From Candidatus Aenigmatarchaeota archaeon (GTDB lineage Archaea > Aenigmatarchaeota > Aenigmatarchaeia > CG10238-14 > SpSt-28), in NCBI GenBank assembly GCA_032249395.1, contig JAVVFY010000001.1, positions 825-64,824 on the forward strand: a stretch of 64,000 bases of DNA, written 5' to 3'. The notes under the pieces were generated by a model that saw only the letters and a program-made list of their open reading frames with translations, had not been told where the DNA came from and did no database searches. Numbering within the stretch: the first letter of the stretch is position 1; each line of letters begins with the position of its first letter. This document shows positions 9,787-19,424 of the stretch, piece after piece. The position numbers were made by a program, and so were the translations under genes.

Positions 9787-10995
9787 CTATACCTCCCTCA
9801 ACCACTTTAAATCATCTGAATAAAGATATCTTATATCCTCTATTCCAAGTTTAAGCATCGCTAATCTTCCAATTCCTAAACCCCAAGCAAGAACAGGAAC
9901 ATTTATTCCAAAAGGTTTTGTAACTTCTTCTCTGAAAATTCCAGCACCACCCGCTTCTACCCAACCTAAATTACCAATTTTCACATACATCTCAACGCTA
10001 GGCTCTGTAAAAGGAAAGTAAGATGGTTTGAATTTTACATCTTCTCCACCAAAAACTTTTGCTATCTCTTTCAAATATCCTAAAAGATGTTTGAAATTCA
10101 AGTTTTCACCAACAACAATACCTTCGCATTGCTCAAATTCGATAAAATGTTTTGCATCTATTACATCTGGTCTAAAAACTCTATCTATTGTGAAAATTTT
10201 TACTGGAAGTTTTCTAATTTTTGCTAAGCTTCTGGCTGATACAGCTGTGCATTGACTTCTCAATATCAATTTCTTTGCCAAGTTTTCATCCCAATAGCCC
10301 CATTTTTTCTCGTGCATTTTTTTAACATTTTCCCAAATTTCTTTTTCTTTAACTTTTCCTTCACCCTCCACAAAGAATATATCATGGATTTCTCTAGCGG
10401 GATGATCGCTTGGCATAAAAAGAGCATCACAATTCCAAAAGTTTATTTCAACCAAAGGGCCTTTAACTTCTTTAAAACCTAAGCTAATCAAAAATTCCTT
10501 AACCTCTTTTATTATTTTAATGTAGGGATGAATCTTTCCTGGAAATGTCTCACTAGGAGGAACATCAGAACTATATTTCTTAATTTTTACTTCTCTCCAA
10601 TAACCGCTTTTTATTACATCACTTGTCAAAACTGTTATCTCTTTCCCTTTTAACCCTTCTAAGTGAGCATATGAAACTTTTTCTACTAGCTTTCTTTGAA
10701 TTAAAATTTTTAGCATTTCGCTATCGACTTCGTTTATTCTATTCTCTTTAATTTTTCTAAGGGCTTCTTCTTCTGGAAAAGATTCAGGTTTTTTTATAAG
10801 AACAATTTCATTGAACTTTAATTCGATCCACCCTTTCTTTTTTGCCCATAGTAGGGCAATATCAAAATTTTCTATTTCTTTCTCAAGATCGCTTATTGGT
10901 GCTTTTCCAAATTTTTCCAAGTAAATAACTAGGTTTTTTTCTGGTAAACCATTTCTCAAATATTTTTCTCCTTCTTCAGTTAAGACGTATTGCAT
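9787..10995 (-). CDS. pheS: Phenylalanyl-tRNA synthetase alpha subunit
   Basis: Class II motifs ALFMPSDHPAREIHDIFF, RSQCTAVSAR, FRPDVIDAKHFIEFEQCEG and GAGIFREEV. At 402 aa it has a shorter N-terminus than typical archaeal PheS. Confidence 0.9.
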   Translation of the reverse strand: MQYVLTEEGEKYLRNGLPEKNLVIYLEKFGKAPISDLEKEIENFDIALLWAKKKGWIELKFNEIVLIKKPESFPEEEALRKIKENRINEVDSEMLKILIQRKLVEKVSYAHLEGLKGKEITVLTSDVIKSGYWREVKIKKYSSDVPPSETFPGKIHPYIKIIKEVKEFLISLGFKEVKGPLVEINFWNCDALFMPSDHPAREIHDIFFVEGEGKVKEKEIWENVKKMHEKKWGYWDENLAKKLILRSQCTAVSARSLAKIRKLPVKIFTIDRVFRPDVIDAKHFIEFEQCEGIVVGENLNFKHLLGYLKEIAKVFGGEDVKFKPSYFPFTEPSVEMYVKIGNLGWVEAGGAGIFREEVTKPFGINVPVLAWGLGIGRLAMLKLGIEDIRYLYSDDLKWLREV

Positions 10996-11116
10996 AAACT
11001 AGAATTCTTGCCAAAAAATAAAAGTTTACTTTTGTATTATTGGTTTATAAATTTTCCTATCTATTTTTTCATGGTAAATAAGTATACTATATAAATGCCA
11101 ATGTATTTAGTCGCCT

Positions 11117-12259
11117 TTACTCATGTATTTTTTCCCACATTTCTTTTGCTAGCTTACCATCATACTTGAAATCTTTAACCCTCTCTTTAGCTTCTTCTCT
11201 CTTCCTCTGATGTTCCTGCAAAAACTTAACGATTTTTTCAATTAAAATGTCCTTAAGCTCTCCGGTTAGCAATTTACCACTTCTGTAATCTTCTTCTATT
11301 TTTTTTAGCTTGTTGTCATCTTCTTCAAAGAGAGTTTTTAGCCATTGAAAGCTAACATCTACATCAGGATTTCCACCAAGCTTTCTGTGTAATTCAATGG
11401 TTGGTTGTCCTCCAGAAAATGCGTGCTTGTAAATTTTTTCTCTTACAGTTTTCTCATCATCGGTTAAATAAATAGAGGATTCTGGTTTGCTTGCTGACAT
11501 CTTTCCTTCTATTCCAGTTAATGGTGGTAAGAATTTTGAATGTATTTGAGCTGATTTTCTTCTTCCAAGAGCATCTGCCACGTCTCTTTGCAACCTCCAG
11601 AAAGGATCTTGGTCAACTGCTGCTGGTATTAGGCAAATCTTATCTTCAAAGAATGTTGGGACTATTTCTAAAGCTGGGAAAAATATCAAGCCAATGTTTG
11701 TTTCATTTTTAAAACCAAAAACTGCTTTAACTGTTGAAAAGTTTATCTTTTTAGCAATTTTTATTGCAAGTGGATACATGTTCCTTATGTACTCAGTATC
11801 TTGAAAAATAAATGTTCTGTTTTCATCAAAACCTACAGCAATTATGTCTAAAATGTTTTCATAGGCCCATTTTCTTGTTTCTTCCAGGCTCAATTTTCTT
11901 TTTGGTTCTAGAAATTTTTCATCGTCAGTTAATTCTATGTAAACATTCACTTTGAACTTATCTTGGAGCCATTTTGTGAACATGAAAGGAATTAAATGAC
12001 CAATGTGCATTGGTCCACTAGGTCCTCTCCCAGTATAAAGAAAAAATCCATTTGTTTTTGCTTCATCTAAAACAACATCTAAATCTCTATGAGCAAAGAA
12101 ATATTTTCTTCTTAGCAAAACATGTAAATCCCCTGTAAAACTCTTTATTTTTTCTAATATTGCATCGTCTATTTCTTTCAATCCAAACTCCTTTACTATT
12201 CTATCATAATCAATTTTTCCTTCTACTTCCCAGGGAGTTATTTTGGACACATTATCCAT
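11117..12259 (-). CDS. trpS: Tryptophanyl-tRNA synthetase (archaeal/eukaryotic type)
   Basis: The HIGH-type motif GPSGPMHIGHLIPF and KMSAS (the TrpRS form of KMSKS) are both present. Confidence 0.85.
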   Translation of the reverse strand: MDNVSKITPWEVEGKIDYDRIVKEFGLKEIDDAILEKIKSFTGDLHVLLRRKYFFAHRDLDVVLDEAKTNGFFLYTGRGPSGPMHIGHLIPFMFTKWLQDKFKVNVYIELTDDEKFLEPKRKLSLEETRKWAYENILDIIAVGFDENRTFIFQDTEYIRNMYPLAIKIAKKINFSTVKAVFGFKNETNIGLIFFPALEIVPTFFEDKICLIPAAVDQDPFWRLQRDVADALGRRKSAQIHSKFLPPLTGIEGKMSASKPESSIYLTDDEKTVREKIYKHAFSGGQPTIELHRKLGGNPDVDVSFQWLKTLFEEDDNKLKKIEEDYRSGKLLTGELKDILIEKIVKFLQEHQRKREEAKERVKDFKYDGKLAKEMWEKIHE

Positions 12260-12335
12260 AATAAAAAATTTAGGTTCTTTCTTTTAATAGTTGCTTGATC
12301 TAAAGGATTTAAAGAAAAAATTTAAAGAAAATTTT

Positions 12336-12752
12336 ATGCCGACGTTTAAATTTGTAATAAGTGATCCAGAAAGTAGAAAAGCTTATCAGCTAGAGGTAGA
12401 TCAAAATAGAGCAGCTTTTATTATTGGTAGGAAAATTGGAGAAGAAGTTGATTTATCCCCTCTAGGATTAACAGGTTATGTTGTAAAAATAACGGGTGGG
12501 ACAGATAAAGATGGTTTCCCGATGCACCCAAATATAGAGGGTACTGTGAAGAAAAAAGTTTTGCTTTCGGGACCACCTGGTTTTCATCCATTGAGAAAAG
12601 GTCAGAGAAAGAAAAAGACTATTAGAGGAAATACGATATCTCCAGATATAGTTCAAATAAATTGCAAGGTTGTTAAAAAAGGAGAAAAGCCATTAGAAGA
12701 GCTTGTTCCGAAGAAAGAGAAGAAAGAAGAAGAGAAGAAAGAGAAAAAATAG
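12336..12752 (+). CDS. rps6e: Ribosomal protein S6e (eS6)
   Basis: MPTFKFVISDPESRKAYQLEVDQ...GGTDKDGFPM...GPPGFHP. ATG at 12336 is preferred over the TTG at 12291 used by the ORF track. Confidence 0.85.
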   Translation: MPTFKFVISDPESRKAYQLEVDQNRAAFIIGRKIGEEVDLSPLGLTGYVVKITGGTDKDGFPMHPNIEGTVKKKVLLSGPPGFHPLRKGQRKKKTIRGNTISPDIVQINCKVVKKGEKPLEELVPKKEKKEEEKKEKK

Positions 12753-12782
12753 TTTTTTAAACTTAAATTCAAGATAATTCTT

Positions 12783-13016
12783 ATGCCATTCTTACAAAAA
12801 GAGGTTTGGGAATGTCCATTTTGCGAAGCAGAAACTATAGAAGTTTTGATAAGACCAGCCACTTATGTTGCTAAGAGAAGTGCGGTAAGGGGAGGAAGAA
12901 AAACCACTTATCATAAAGTTAATCAAGAGGTTGCCGTTCTTAGCGAATCTTGTTCAAATTGTGGGAAGAAGAAAGAAGAAATAGAAAAAAAATGGAGAGA
13001 AATGGGAATAATATAA
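12783..13016 (+). CDS. Small zinc-ribbon protein, unknown function
   Basis: 77 aa with CPFC...CSNC; no family recognised. Confidence 0.4.
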   Translation: MPFLQKEVWECPFCEAETIEVLIRPATYVAKRSAVRGGRKTTYHKVNQEVAVLSESCSNCGKKKEEIEKKWREMGII

Positions 13017-13026
13017 GGCGAGAAAT

Positions 13027-13488
13027 TTGTTTGAGAAACTTCTATCAAAGTTATATGATAGTGAAATAAGAAATGAGGATTTGGAAAGGGCTAAAAGTCT
13101 TGTATCTGATTTCTATAAAATACCAAAAACAGTTTTAGATAATGTTAAAGTTAAGACTTCTTGCCTACCAACAATATATGCTTGTATTGTTAGAAGAGTA
13201 GGAGATTACTTGCAAATAATTTACAAACCGATTGTAAAGATTTTAGGTTTGTACGATCCATTAAAAAAGGAGATTTACATAGACAAAAATCTTTCTTATC
13301 TACAAAGAATTAAAACGATTTTGCACGAATACATTCATGCTGCCCAAGATTATTTAGGCAAACTTTATACTAAGAGTAGAAAAGAATTAGAAGGAGAGGC
13401 TTACAAGGTCTCTGATTATTTGTCTAAAATTTATATCCAAGCTTTTCGAAAGTCTCCTTCATTTTCAAGCTATCAAGCTCTAATTTAG
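13027..13488 (+). CDS. Hypothetical protein with an HExxH motif (possible small metallopeptidase-like protein)
   Basis: TTG start, 153 aa, ILHEYIHAAQ (HExxH). The last 65 nt overlap the convergent gene at 13424..14248. Confidence 0.35.
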   Translation: MFEKLLSKLYDSEIRNEDLERAKSLVSDFYKIPKTVLDNVKVKTSCLPTIYACIVRRVGDYLQIIYKPIVKILGLYDPLKKEIYIDKNLSYLQRIKTILHEYIHAAQDYLGKLYTKSRKELEGEAYKVSDYLSKIYIQAFRKSPSFSSYQALI

Positions 13489-14248
13489 GAGATTCCGAGA
13501 TTATAGTTATATCAAAGTTTCTTTTTAATATTTCCTTTGCCAATGGCTCAAAAGGTGGATGAGAATCTAATGGAATATGAATATCTACAAACTTTTTAGT
13601 GTTTAGATTGTACTTGACGTTTGAGAAATGAGAATGTATGTGTTTGAATCCTTTTAGCTTATCCAAAATAGAAGAGTAATCAATTTTTCCATTGTCTCTA
13701 CAATACAAGTGGGCGAAATCGATACAAACGGTAAAAAGTTTAGATTTAACTTCTTTCATTAATCTCAAAAGCTCGTCTAAGTCGGCAAATTGACTTTCCT
13801 TAGCCATAGTTTCATAGGCAAGTTTTGTCTTTTTTATGCCCATCTTTTCCATATTCTCAATTATTTTCAAAGTTATCTCTTTCATTTTTTTGAAAGCTTC
13901 TTCCTTACTAAGCTTTCCGTAATAAGCAGCATGAACAACAACAAATTTTGCTCCCATCCTTTCAGCTCTATCTATACTTTCTAAAATTCTTTTGATAGAA
14001 GCTTCTAAAGTTTCATTTTTATCTGATAGCAAGTTTATGAAGTAAGGAGCATGAACACTCAATACTATCCCATAGTTCTTTGCTTGTCTTCCGACTTCTT
14101 CTGCTGCTTTAGAAGAAAGATATATGCTTCTAACAAATTCTATTTCTTGAGCATTTAACCCAAGTTCTTTTAACCTCTCAAAAGATCCCAATGTAGAACT
14201 TTCTTTTGCTGTTAAGCAATTACCACCTGGTCCCAAAAATATTTTCAT
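13424..14248 (-). CDS. Xylose-isomerase-like TIM-barrel protein, endonuclease IV (AP endonuclease 2) family
   Basis: VHAPYFINLLSDKNETLEASIKRILESIDRAERMGAKFVVVHAAYY and CIDFAHLY match the metal-ligand pattern of the Nfo-like fold. Confidence 0.6.
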   Translation of the reverse strand: MKIFLGPGGNCLTAKESSTLGSFERLKELGLNAQEIEFVRSIYLSSKAAEEVGRQAKNYGIVLSVHAPYFINLLSDKNETLEASIKRILESIDRAERMGAKFVVVHAAYYGKLSKEEAFKKMKEITLKIIENMEKMGIKKTKLAYETMAKESQFADLDELLRLMKEVKSKLFTVCIDFAHLYCRDNGKIDYSSILDKLKGFKHIHSHFSNVKYNLNTKKFVDIHIPLDSHPPFEPLAKEILKRNFDITIISESPKLELDSLKMKETFEKLGYKF

Positions 14249-14306
14249 AATTTTTCTTTTCTTTGTATGTTAAAAGCATTTAAGCTTTTCTAACCATTTA
14301 ATACTA

Positions 14307-14639
14307 ATGAAAGATTGGAAAAATATTTTGGATGAGAAAACAAGAGAAGAATTGAGAGAATTGATAGAAAGGACAGAGAAACACAAGTATGCATATTCTC
14401 AAGCTGAGGATGTTAGGACAGCTCAACTATGGGTAGCTTTAGCAGAAATTTCAAAAGATTTGAAAGAAATAAAGGAGAAGCTTGGCAAAGTAGAAGAACC
14501 ATTTAAGGCAATAATTGAAATTGGAGAAGAAGAGAAGAGAAAAGCTATTCAAAGAATAGTAGAAGAGATAATAAAACCAGCAGATAAAGAAACGCAAGAG
14601 GTTACAAAGAAGCTTGTAGACACTTTGATGAAATTCTAA
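14307..14639 (+). CDS. Hypothetical helical, charged protein
   Basis: 110-aa ORF rich in E and K; no family recognised. Confidence 0.4.
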   Translation: MKDWKNILDEKTREELRELIERTEKHKYAYSQAEDVRTAQLWVALAEISKDLKEIKEKLGKVEEPFKAIIEIGEEEKRKAIQRIVEEIIKPADKETQEVTKKLVDTLMKF

Positions 14640-15124
14640 CATACTTTATTTTAATTATTAAGACAAAACTACAGAGAAAATGTTTAGAGTACAGACTAGG
14701 TTAAATAACCATACTTCTGTTTTGTTCATAAAAACTTGGTTTATGAAATACTATATATACATTATTAAGTCCAATAGAAATTCTTATTATGCTTCGTGAT
14801 TACGACACTTAAGGAAAAATCTCGATAGATACAATCAAAAAAATTTTAAATAGATTATAAAATTTCAGATGTATTCTTAAAATCACCCAGCTATGTTTAT
14901 GGTAATTTTCCTTGATATCTAAAAGAGTAGCTTACATTCTGATATACGAGAAGAATATATAAGAAAACATATACAAAAGGTTTAGGAAGGATTCTTATTC
15001 GGAGATAAATAAATGAAAGAAGAGATAATAAATCATTGTAGCGACGATTTAGTCTCTCTGTCAGAAATTTATGAAGAGATAAAATATTTAGTAGAAGTTT
15101 TCGAGAAAAGACGGAGAAAACTCA

Positions 15125-16276
15125 TTATTTTAACTCTTTTATCATCTCTTCGATTCTAATCATTTCATTTATTTTGACTATTCTTTCGCCAGACACTCCA
15201 AGCTTAAAATAATCAGCACCAAAACCCACAGCTAGATGAGAAAGCAAATTATCATCAGTTTCAGCACTTCTATGAGAAACAACAACTTTCATGTTATTTT
15301 TCTTCGCCTCTTTAACAAAATTTAAAGCATCTGTTATCGTTCCTATTTGGTTTGGTTTTACTAAAACAGCATTTGTTGTCTTTATGTCTAATCCAGCTTT
15401 CAATCTTTTAATGTTAGTTGCATATATGTCATCGCCAACAACCAAACAATTTGAATTTTTGGTGAAAACAGAAAAACTAACAAAATCATCCTGGTGAAAA
15501 GGATCCTCAACATAAAAAATCTTATATCTTCTACTCAATTCAATCATATAATCTATTTGTTGCATTGTAGATAGTTGCTTGTCTTTGTAAACATATTTCT
15601 CTCCATCCCAAAGATTGCTTGCTGCAACATCTAATCCAATCATCAAATTTTCTCCTTTGACTTTTGAAATTGCTTCTAAAATTTTCTCTGCTGGTAATGA
15701 AGTAACCCATGCAGACTCAATATTTTTAGAATAGTTAAAAGTTGGGTCAATTTTCTTTAGTTCATCGCCAAGCTTTAAATAAGAATCCATAATTTCATCA
15801 ATCGATTCTATAAATCTTTCTTGATGTAAAGGTAAAAGAAGGAATTCTTGAATGTCACTCTGACCTTTCCACCCACCAGCAATATTACAAACCGGTTTTG
15901 GTATGGTAGGGTTTTTATTTAAGTATAAAAATACAGGAATACCCTCTTCTAAAGCAAAAGCTTTTAGGAAAACTGATGATATCGCTAACGCCAGATTTCC
16001 TCCAATTTCTCTAAAGTCTTCCGTTTTATCTATTGTATGTAACAGCTCATCAACATCTTTCAAACTATCGAATTCTTCCAAAAAATATTTTTTTATTCTT
16101 CCAAAATTGTTTATAATTTGATTAAAAGGTAAATATCTAACTTCATATTTGCTTTTACTAGTTCCAAAAGGAACGCTTGAGTGGATTTTACCTTTTTTTG
16201 TTATTGCTTCTATCTCTATAGTTTCTTTCGAATTAGAAGCGTAAACTTTCCTAATTTTTAAGTCCAAAACTCTCAT
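15125..16276 (-). CDS. eno: Enolase, compact and divergent
   Basis: LDVAASN, YVEDPF, VGDDIYATN, LVKPNQIGTITDA, SHRSAETDD and KINEMIRIEE are present. At 383 aa it is shorter than the usual ~420-430 aa. Confidence 0.85.
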   Translation of the reverse strand: MRVLDLKIRKVYASNSKETIEIEAITKKGKIHSSVPFGTSKSKYEVRYLPFNQIINNFGRIKKYFLEEFDSLKDVDELLHTIDKTEDFREIGGNLALAISSVFLKAFALEEGIPVFLYLNKNPTIPKPVCNIAGGWKGQSDIQEFLLLPLHQERFIESIDEIMDSYLKLGDELKKIDPTFNYSKNIESAWVTSLPAEKILEAISKVKGENLMIGLDVAASNLWDGEKYVYKDKQLSTMQQIDYMIELSRRYKIFYVEDPFHQDDFVSFSVFTKNSNCLVVGDDIYATNIKRLKAGLDIKTTNAVLVKPNQIGTITDALNFVKEAKKNNMKVVVSHRSAETDDNLLSHLAVGFGADYFKLGVSGERIVKINEMIRIEEMIKELK

Positions 16277-16293
16277 TTATATTTTAGATTTTT

Positions 16294-17130
16294 TCAAATT
16301 AAAGAAAATAGATTTATTAGCAGAAATACAGAGTTTCCAAAGAGCATAGTAAAAACTAGAGCTATAAAAAATGAAGGAGCGAAGCATATTCCACTTTTTA
16401 TGTAAACGTATTTCCTACCGCTTTTTTTAATTCTCTCTATTTCTTCTTTTGTAATGCCTTCCCACCTTTTGTTTTCTAATAGCACATCTCCAACCTTGAG
16501 CTTAGATACAGGAATTTTTCTTATAAATGATTTTTCTACAACTTTAGAGAATATGAAAATAATTATTAAGAACGTGCTAATGGAAGATACTAAAATTGGA
16601 ACGCGAATATTTAGATCATGAAATAGAAAATAATAAAAGATGAGAGATGCCAATATAAATAAAATGAAAAGTATTAAAATTGAAAATGAAAATCTTCTTA
16701 GTTGCATTAAAAACTCTTTTATTATTTTTTCGTTTTTAACAGCATAAAAAAGTGAATATAAAATCATATAAATACTCCCTAAAAAGAATAGGTTTGTCAA
16801 GTAGGTGAACACAAAAGGAAAATCGCTTCTAATTAAAAAGTTTTTAGGTATCAAGAATCCAACAGCAATAAGTAAAAACGCATCTCCAGCCCCCCACTGT
16901 CCAGCAAGATACATAGAAAAGCCAATTAATGTAAATATTATACCGTTAAAAAATGAAAGAAGAATGTAGTCTGGGTTTTTTGTTAATAAATAGTTTGCAA
17001 AATTTATAGCAATTCCAGCAATTATCATTACTATTGGTAACCAATCTGGAATTTCTGTCGTCTTCAAATCATAATATGATGCTATTAAAGTTCCTAAAAG
17101 TGCTATAGTTAATAATACAATTTCTAACAT
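16294..17130 (-). CDS. Type IV prepilin/preflagellin peptidase (A24 family, PibD/FlaK-like)
   Basis: It is polytopic, with the two catalytic Asp motifs DLKTTEIPDW and GAGDAFLL. ATG at 17130 is preferred over the TTG at 17139. Confidence 0.8.
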   Translation of the reverse strand: MLEIVLLTIALLGTLIASYYDLKTTEIPDWLPIVMIIAGIAINFANYLLTKNPDYILLSFFNGIIFTLIGFSMYLAGQWGAGDAFLLIAVGFLIPKNFLIRSDFPFVFTYLTNLFFLGSIYMILYSLFYAVKNEKIIKEFLMQLRRFSFSILILFILFILASLIFYYFLFHDLNIRVPILVSSISTFLIIIFIFSKVVEKSFIRKIPVSKLKVGDVLLENKRWEGITKEEIERIKKSGRKYVYIKSGICFAPSFFIALVFTMLFGNSVFLLINLFSLI

Positions 17131-17135
17131 AATTT

Positions 17136-17279
17136 TCAACTATATTTTTTGAACCCTATAGTTTCTGCTACTTCTCTGAAACATTTTCTACAATAATAAA
17201 GACCATATTTTCTTATTACGCCTCTTGTAGAACCACACCTTCTGCAAGGATGAGTGGCTTTACCAAATTTTTTTGGCAA
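17136..17279 (-). CDS. rps14: Ribosomal protein S14 (uS14, zinc type); not in the ORF track because it is under 60 aa
   Basis: Hand translation gives (TTG)PKKFGKATHPCRRCGSTRGVIRKYGLYYCRKCFREVAETIGFKKYS*. GGTGG lies 5 nt upstream of the start. Confidence 0.8.
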   Translation of the reverse strand: MPKKFGKATHPCRRCGSTRGVIRKYGLYYCRKCFREVAETIGFKKYS

Positions 17280-17459
17280 TTAACCACCTAGCTCTCCTAG
17301 AATTTCTAGTACTCTTATATCATCTATGCTTTCTACTTTTTGAAGAGAACTGAATACTCTTTCATAAGTTAGCTCAAAGTTTTTTGTAGATTCAAACTTT
17401 TTCCATATTATTCCGTTCAACTTATTAGATATTTCCAATATCTCTTCTTTATACAACAT
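17280..17459 (-). CDS. Unknown 59-aa ORF inserted between rpl5 and rps14
   Basis: MLYKEEILEISNKLNGIIWKKFESTKNFELTYERVFSSLQKVESIDDIRVLEILGELGG*. Its ATG overlaps the end of rpl5, and its TAA is immediately followed by the rps14 TTG start. Confidence 0.4.
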   Translation of the reverse strand: MLYKEEILEISNKLNGIIWKKFESTKNFELTYERVFSSLQKVESIDDIRVLEILGELGG

Positions 17460-17946
17460 TCACTCCCCTTTCTTTTAACCATTGAATAACATCTTCCTTA
17501 TTAATAATATGTTTTTTTCCTATATTAGCTTTTTTTACTTTTCTTCTCTTAACTCTATATCCTGGTCTTTCTAGAGTTACACACACATCAAAACCTAAAT
17601 TTCCTATCTCATGATTATATTTCACTCCAGGCAGTTCTATATACTCTGCAACACCAATACTAAAATTACCATCGCTAATTTGTTTACTACTTATAGTATT
17701 TTTTTTAGCTTCTAAGACCTTTTTTAAAAATTCTTCAGCCTTTTTCTTTCTTAATGTAACTTTAACACCAACAGGCTTACCCTTTGCTATTCCAAATGTT
17801 GATCTTTTTTTTGATACAGTGATTACAGGCTTTTGGTTAGTTAGTAACTCTAGGAGTTTTTTCGCTCTTTCTATTTTATCTAAGTCTCCACCACACCCAA
17901 CATTAATTGTTACTTTCTCTATTCTTATTTCTCTCATTTTGTTCAC
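17449..17946 (-). CDS. rpl5: Ribosomal protein L5 (uL5)
   Basis: IRIEKVTINVGCGG...FGIAKGKPVGVKVTLR...YNHEIGNLGFDVCVTLERPGYRV. Confidence 0.9.
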   Translation of the reverse strand: MNKMREIRIEKVTINVGCGGDLDKIERAKKLLELLTNQKPVITVSKKRSTFGIAKGKPVGVKVTLRKKKAEEFLKKVLEAKKNTISSKQISDGNFSIGVAEYIELPGVKYNHEIGNLGFDVCVTLERPGYRVKRRKVKKANIGKKHIINKEDVIQWLKERGVNVV

Positions 17947-18653
17947 TCAATCACCTTTATTAGTGGCTCTTCTCTACCTATAACTATTGCGTGTTCTTTT
18001 AATACTTCTACGTTCTTATTTTCTATCTCGCATACTATTTTTGGTTTAACATTAAACTTTCCTTCTAACACTTTTACTATTTTTCCAATCTTTCCAGCGT
18101 TTTGACCAGAAGTTATTAAAACTAAATTTCCAACAACCATTTCAATATAATCTAGTATTTTCAAGTTAGGAAGTTCTACCAATAAAGATGAGTGAGTTTT
18201 GTATTTATTGTCTTCTACTATTATGTTCTTACCGTCATTCATGTTCAGTTGAATCTTCCCCCCTTTAACGTTCCTCTTTCCTAAAATTTTTAAGATCTTT
18301 TTTCTAGCATCGTTTTCATCAATCTCTATTAGCTTAAATCCATTCTTATAAGGAACAACTCTATAATGTTTGTTAATTTTAGGTAGCGAGATAGTATCTA
18401 ATAAGCCTACAGGAAATCTGTGATCAGTTCTCACTTTTCCATCGACAATTATTTCTCGCGATTTTATTATTCTTTTTGCTTCTTTTCCCGTTTCAGCTAG
18501 TTTTAGAATATCTCTAACTATTATTGCCAGTGGTATGCATTCATTCTTTTTGTGTGGTCCGGGAGAAGGGGAAAAAGTCCAAGTATACTTTTTCTTAGGT
18601 ATTGGCCAAAATTCTGGAGCTGCCAATCTTTTAAGATGAGACATTTTTACCAC
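17943..18653 (-). CDS. rps4e: Ribosomal protein S4e (eS4)
   Basis: MSHLKRLAAPEFWPIPKKKYTWTFSPSPGPH start and a KOW region. Confidence 0.9.
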   Translation of the reverse strand: MVKMSHLKRLAAPEFWPIPKKKYTWTFSPSPGPHKKNECIPLAIIVRDILKLAETGKEAKRIIKSREIIVDGKVRTDHRFPVGLLDTISLPKINKHYRVVPYKNGFKLIEIDENDARKKILKILGKRNVKGGKIQLNMNDGKNIIVEDNKYKTHSSLLVELPNLKILDYIEMVVGNLVLITSGQNAGKIGKIVKVLEGKFNVKPKIVCEIENKNVEVLKEHAIVIGREEPLIKVIE

Positions 18654-19029
18654 GCTCCAACATTTTTATTCTATATTTGTCTTCCAAGTTTAGATTTGTT
18701 ATAAGTAAATTGCTGGGGTGAATTGGTACTAAGTATTCTGTTCCTATGCTCCTTTTCTTTTTTACTGTATCTATATAAACTTTATATTCTTTAGTATCTA
18801 TCCTTACAATCTTGCCTATAGTACCTTTAAATTCACCACGCATAACTTTAACTTCATCTCCTTTCCTTAATGGAATACTTCTTCTTTTATATTTTTTTCT
18901 CAGTTCCTTCGAAAGATGAGCAGATATCATTTTTCTTCTTATATGCAATGGGGCGTTATACAAAAATTTTCGCTGTTTTCTCGGTTTTTTTGATTTAGGC
19001 CTTTTCATTCTAACCACTTTAATATTCAA
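18631..19029 (-). CDS. rpl24: Ribosomal protein L24 (uL24)
   Basis: KPRKQRKFLYNAPLHIRRKMISAHLSKELR...GDEVKVMRGEFKGTIGKIVRID (KOW). Confidence 0.9.
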   Translation of the reverse strand: MNIKVVRMKRPKSKKPRKQRKFLYNAPLHIRRKMISAHLSKELRKKYKRRSIPLRKGDEVKVMRGEFKGTIGKIVRIDTKEYKVYIDTVKKKRSIGTEYLVPIHPSNLLITNLNLEDKYRIKMLERGKNVSS

Positions 19030-19424
19030 ACTATAATAGTTGCTATCTTTCCTATGCTCGAAAATCTCTCTATAACTTCTCTTGCTACAGGACCCTTTAT
19101 TTCTGTTCCTTTTGGTTCTCCAATCTCATTCACTATTACAGCTGCGTTATCTTCGAAAGCAATTCTAGTACCATCGGCTCTTCTATATTCCTTTTTCTGT
19201 CTTATGATTACAGCATCAAATATTTGCTTCCTTAGCTTAACATCACCTTCTTTTACTACAACCTTAACCATATCACCCACTCCACTTTTTGGTATTCTTC
19301 TTCTCTTACCTTTATATCCTCTGACTGCTATTATTTGCAAAATTTTCGCTCCCGTATTATCCGCACATACTATATAACTACCAACGTTAAGAGCTTTTGT
19401 TACACTTGCCTTTAAAGCCTTCAT
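19026..19424 (-). CDS. rpl14: Ribosomal protein L14 (uL14)
   Basis: VCADNTGAKILQIIAV...GDMVKVVVKEG...FEDNAAVIVN...GPVARE. Confidence 0.95.
   Translation of the reverse strand: MKALKASVTKALNVGSYIVCADNTGAKILQIIAVRGYKGKRRRIPKSGVGDMVKVVVKEGDVKLRKQIFDAVIIRQKKEYRRADGTRIAFEDNAAVIVNEIGEPKGTEIKGPVAREVIERFSSIGKIATIIV

Noticed and set aside
15013-15159. 48-codon + strand ORF with a GGAG upstream, overlapping the 3' end of eno
   Set aside because: It is short and has no recognisable family. It may well be a chance ORF in AT-rich sequence.
15125-16276. Enolase as an inactive pseudo-enzyme
   Set aside because: On alignment by eye the metal and catalytic positions are retained: GTS for GAS, QEF, DVAAS, EDP, GDD, KPNQIG, SHRSAETDD and the KL/KIN region. 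The only deviation is a Lys in place of the His of the GGxHA loop. The protein is compact and divergent, but I have no basis to call it inactive.
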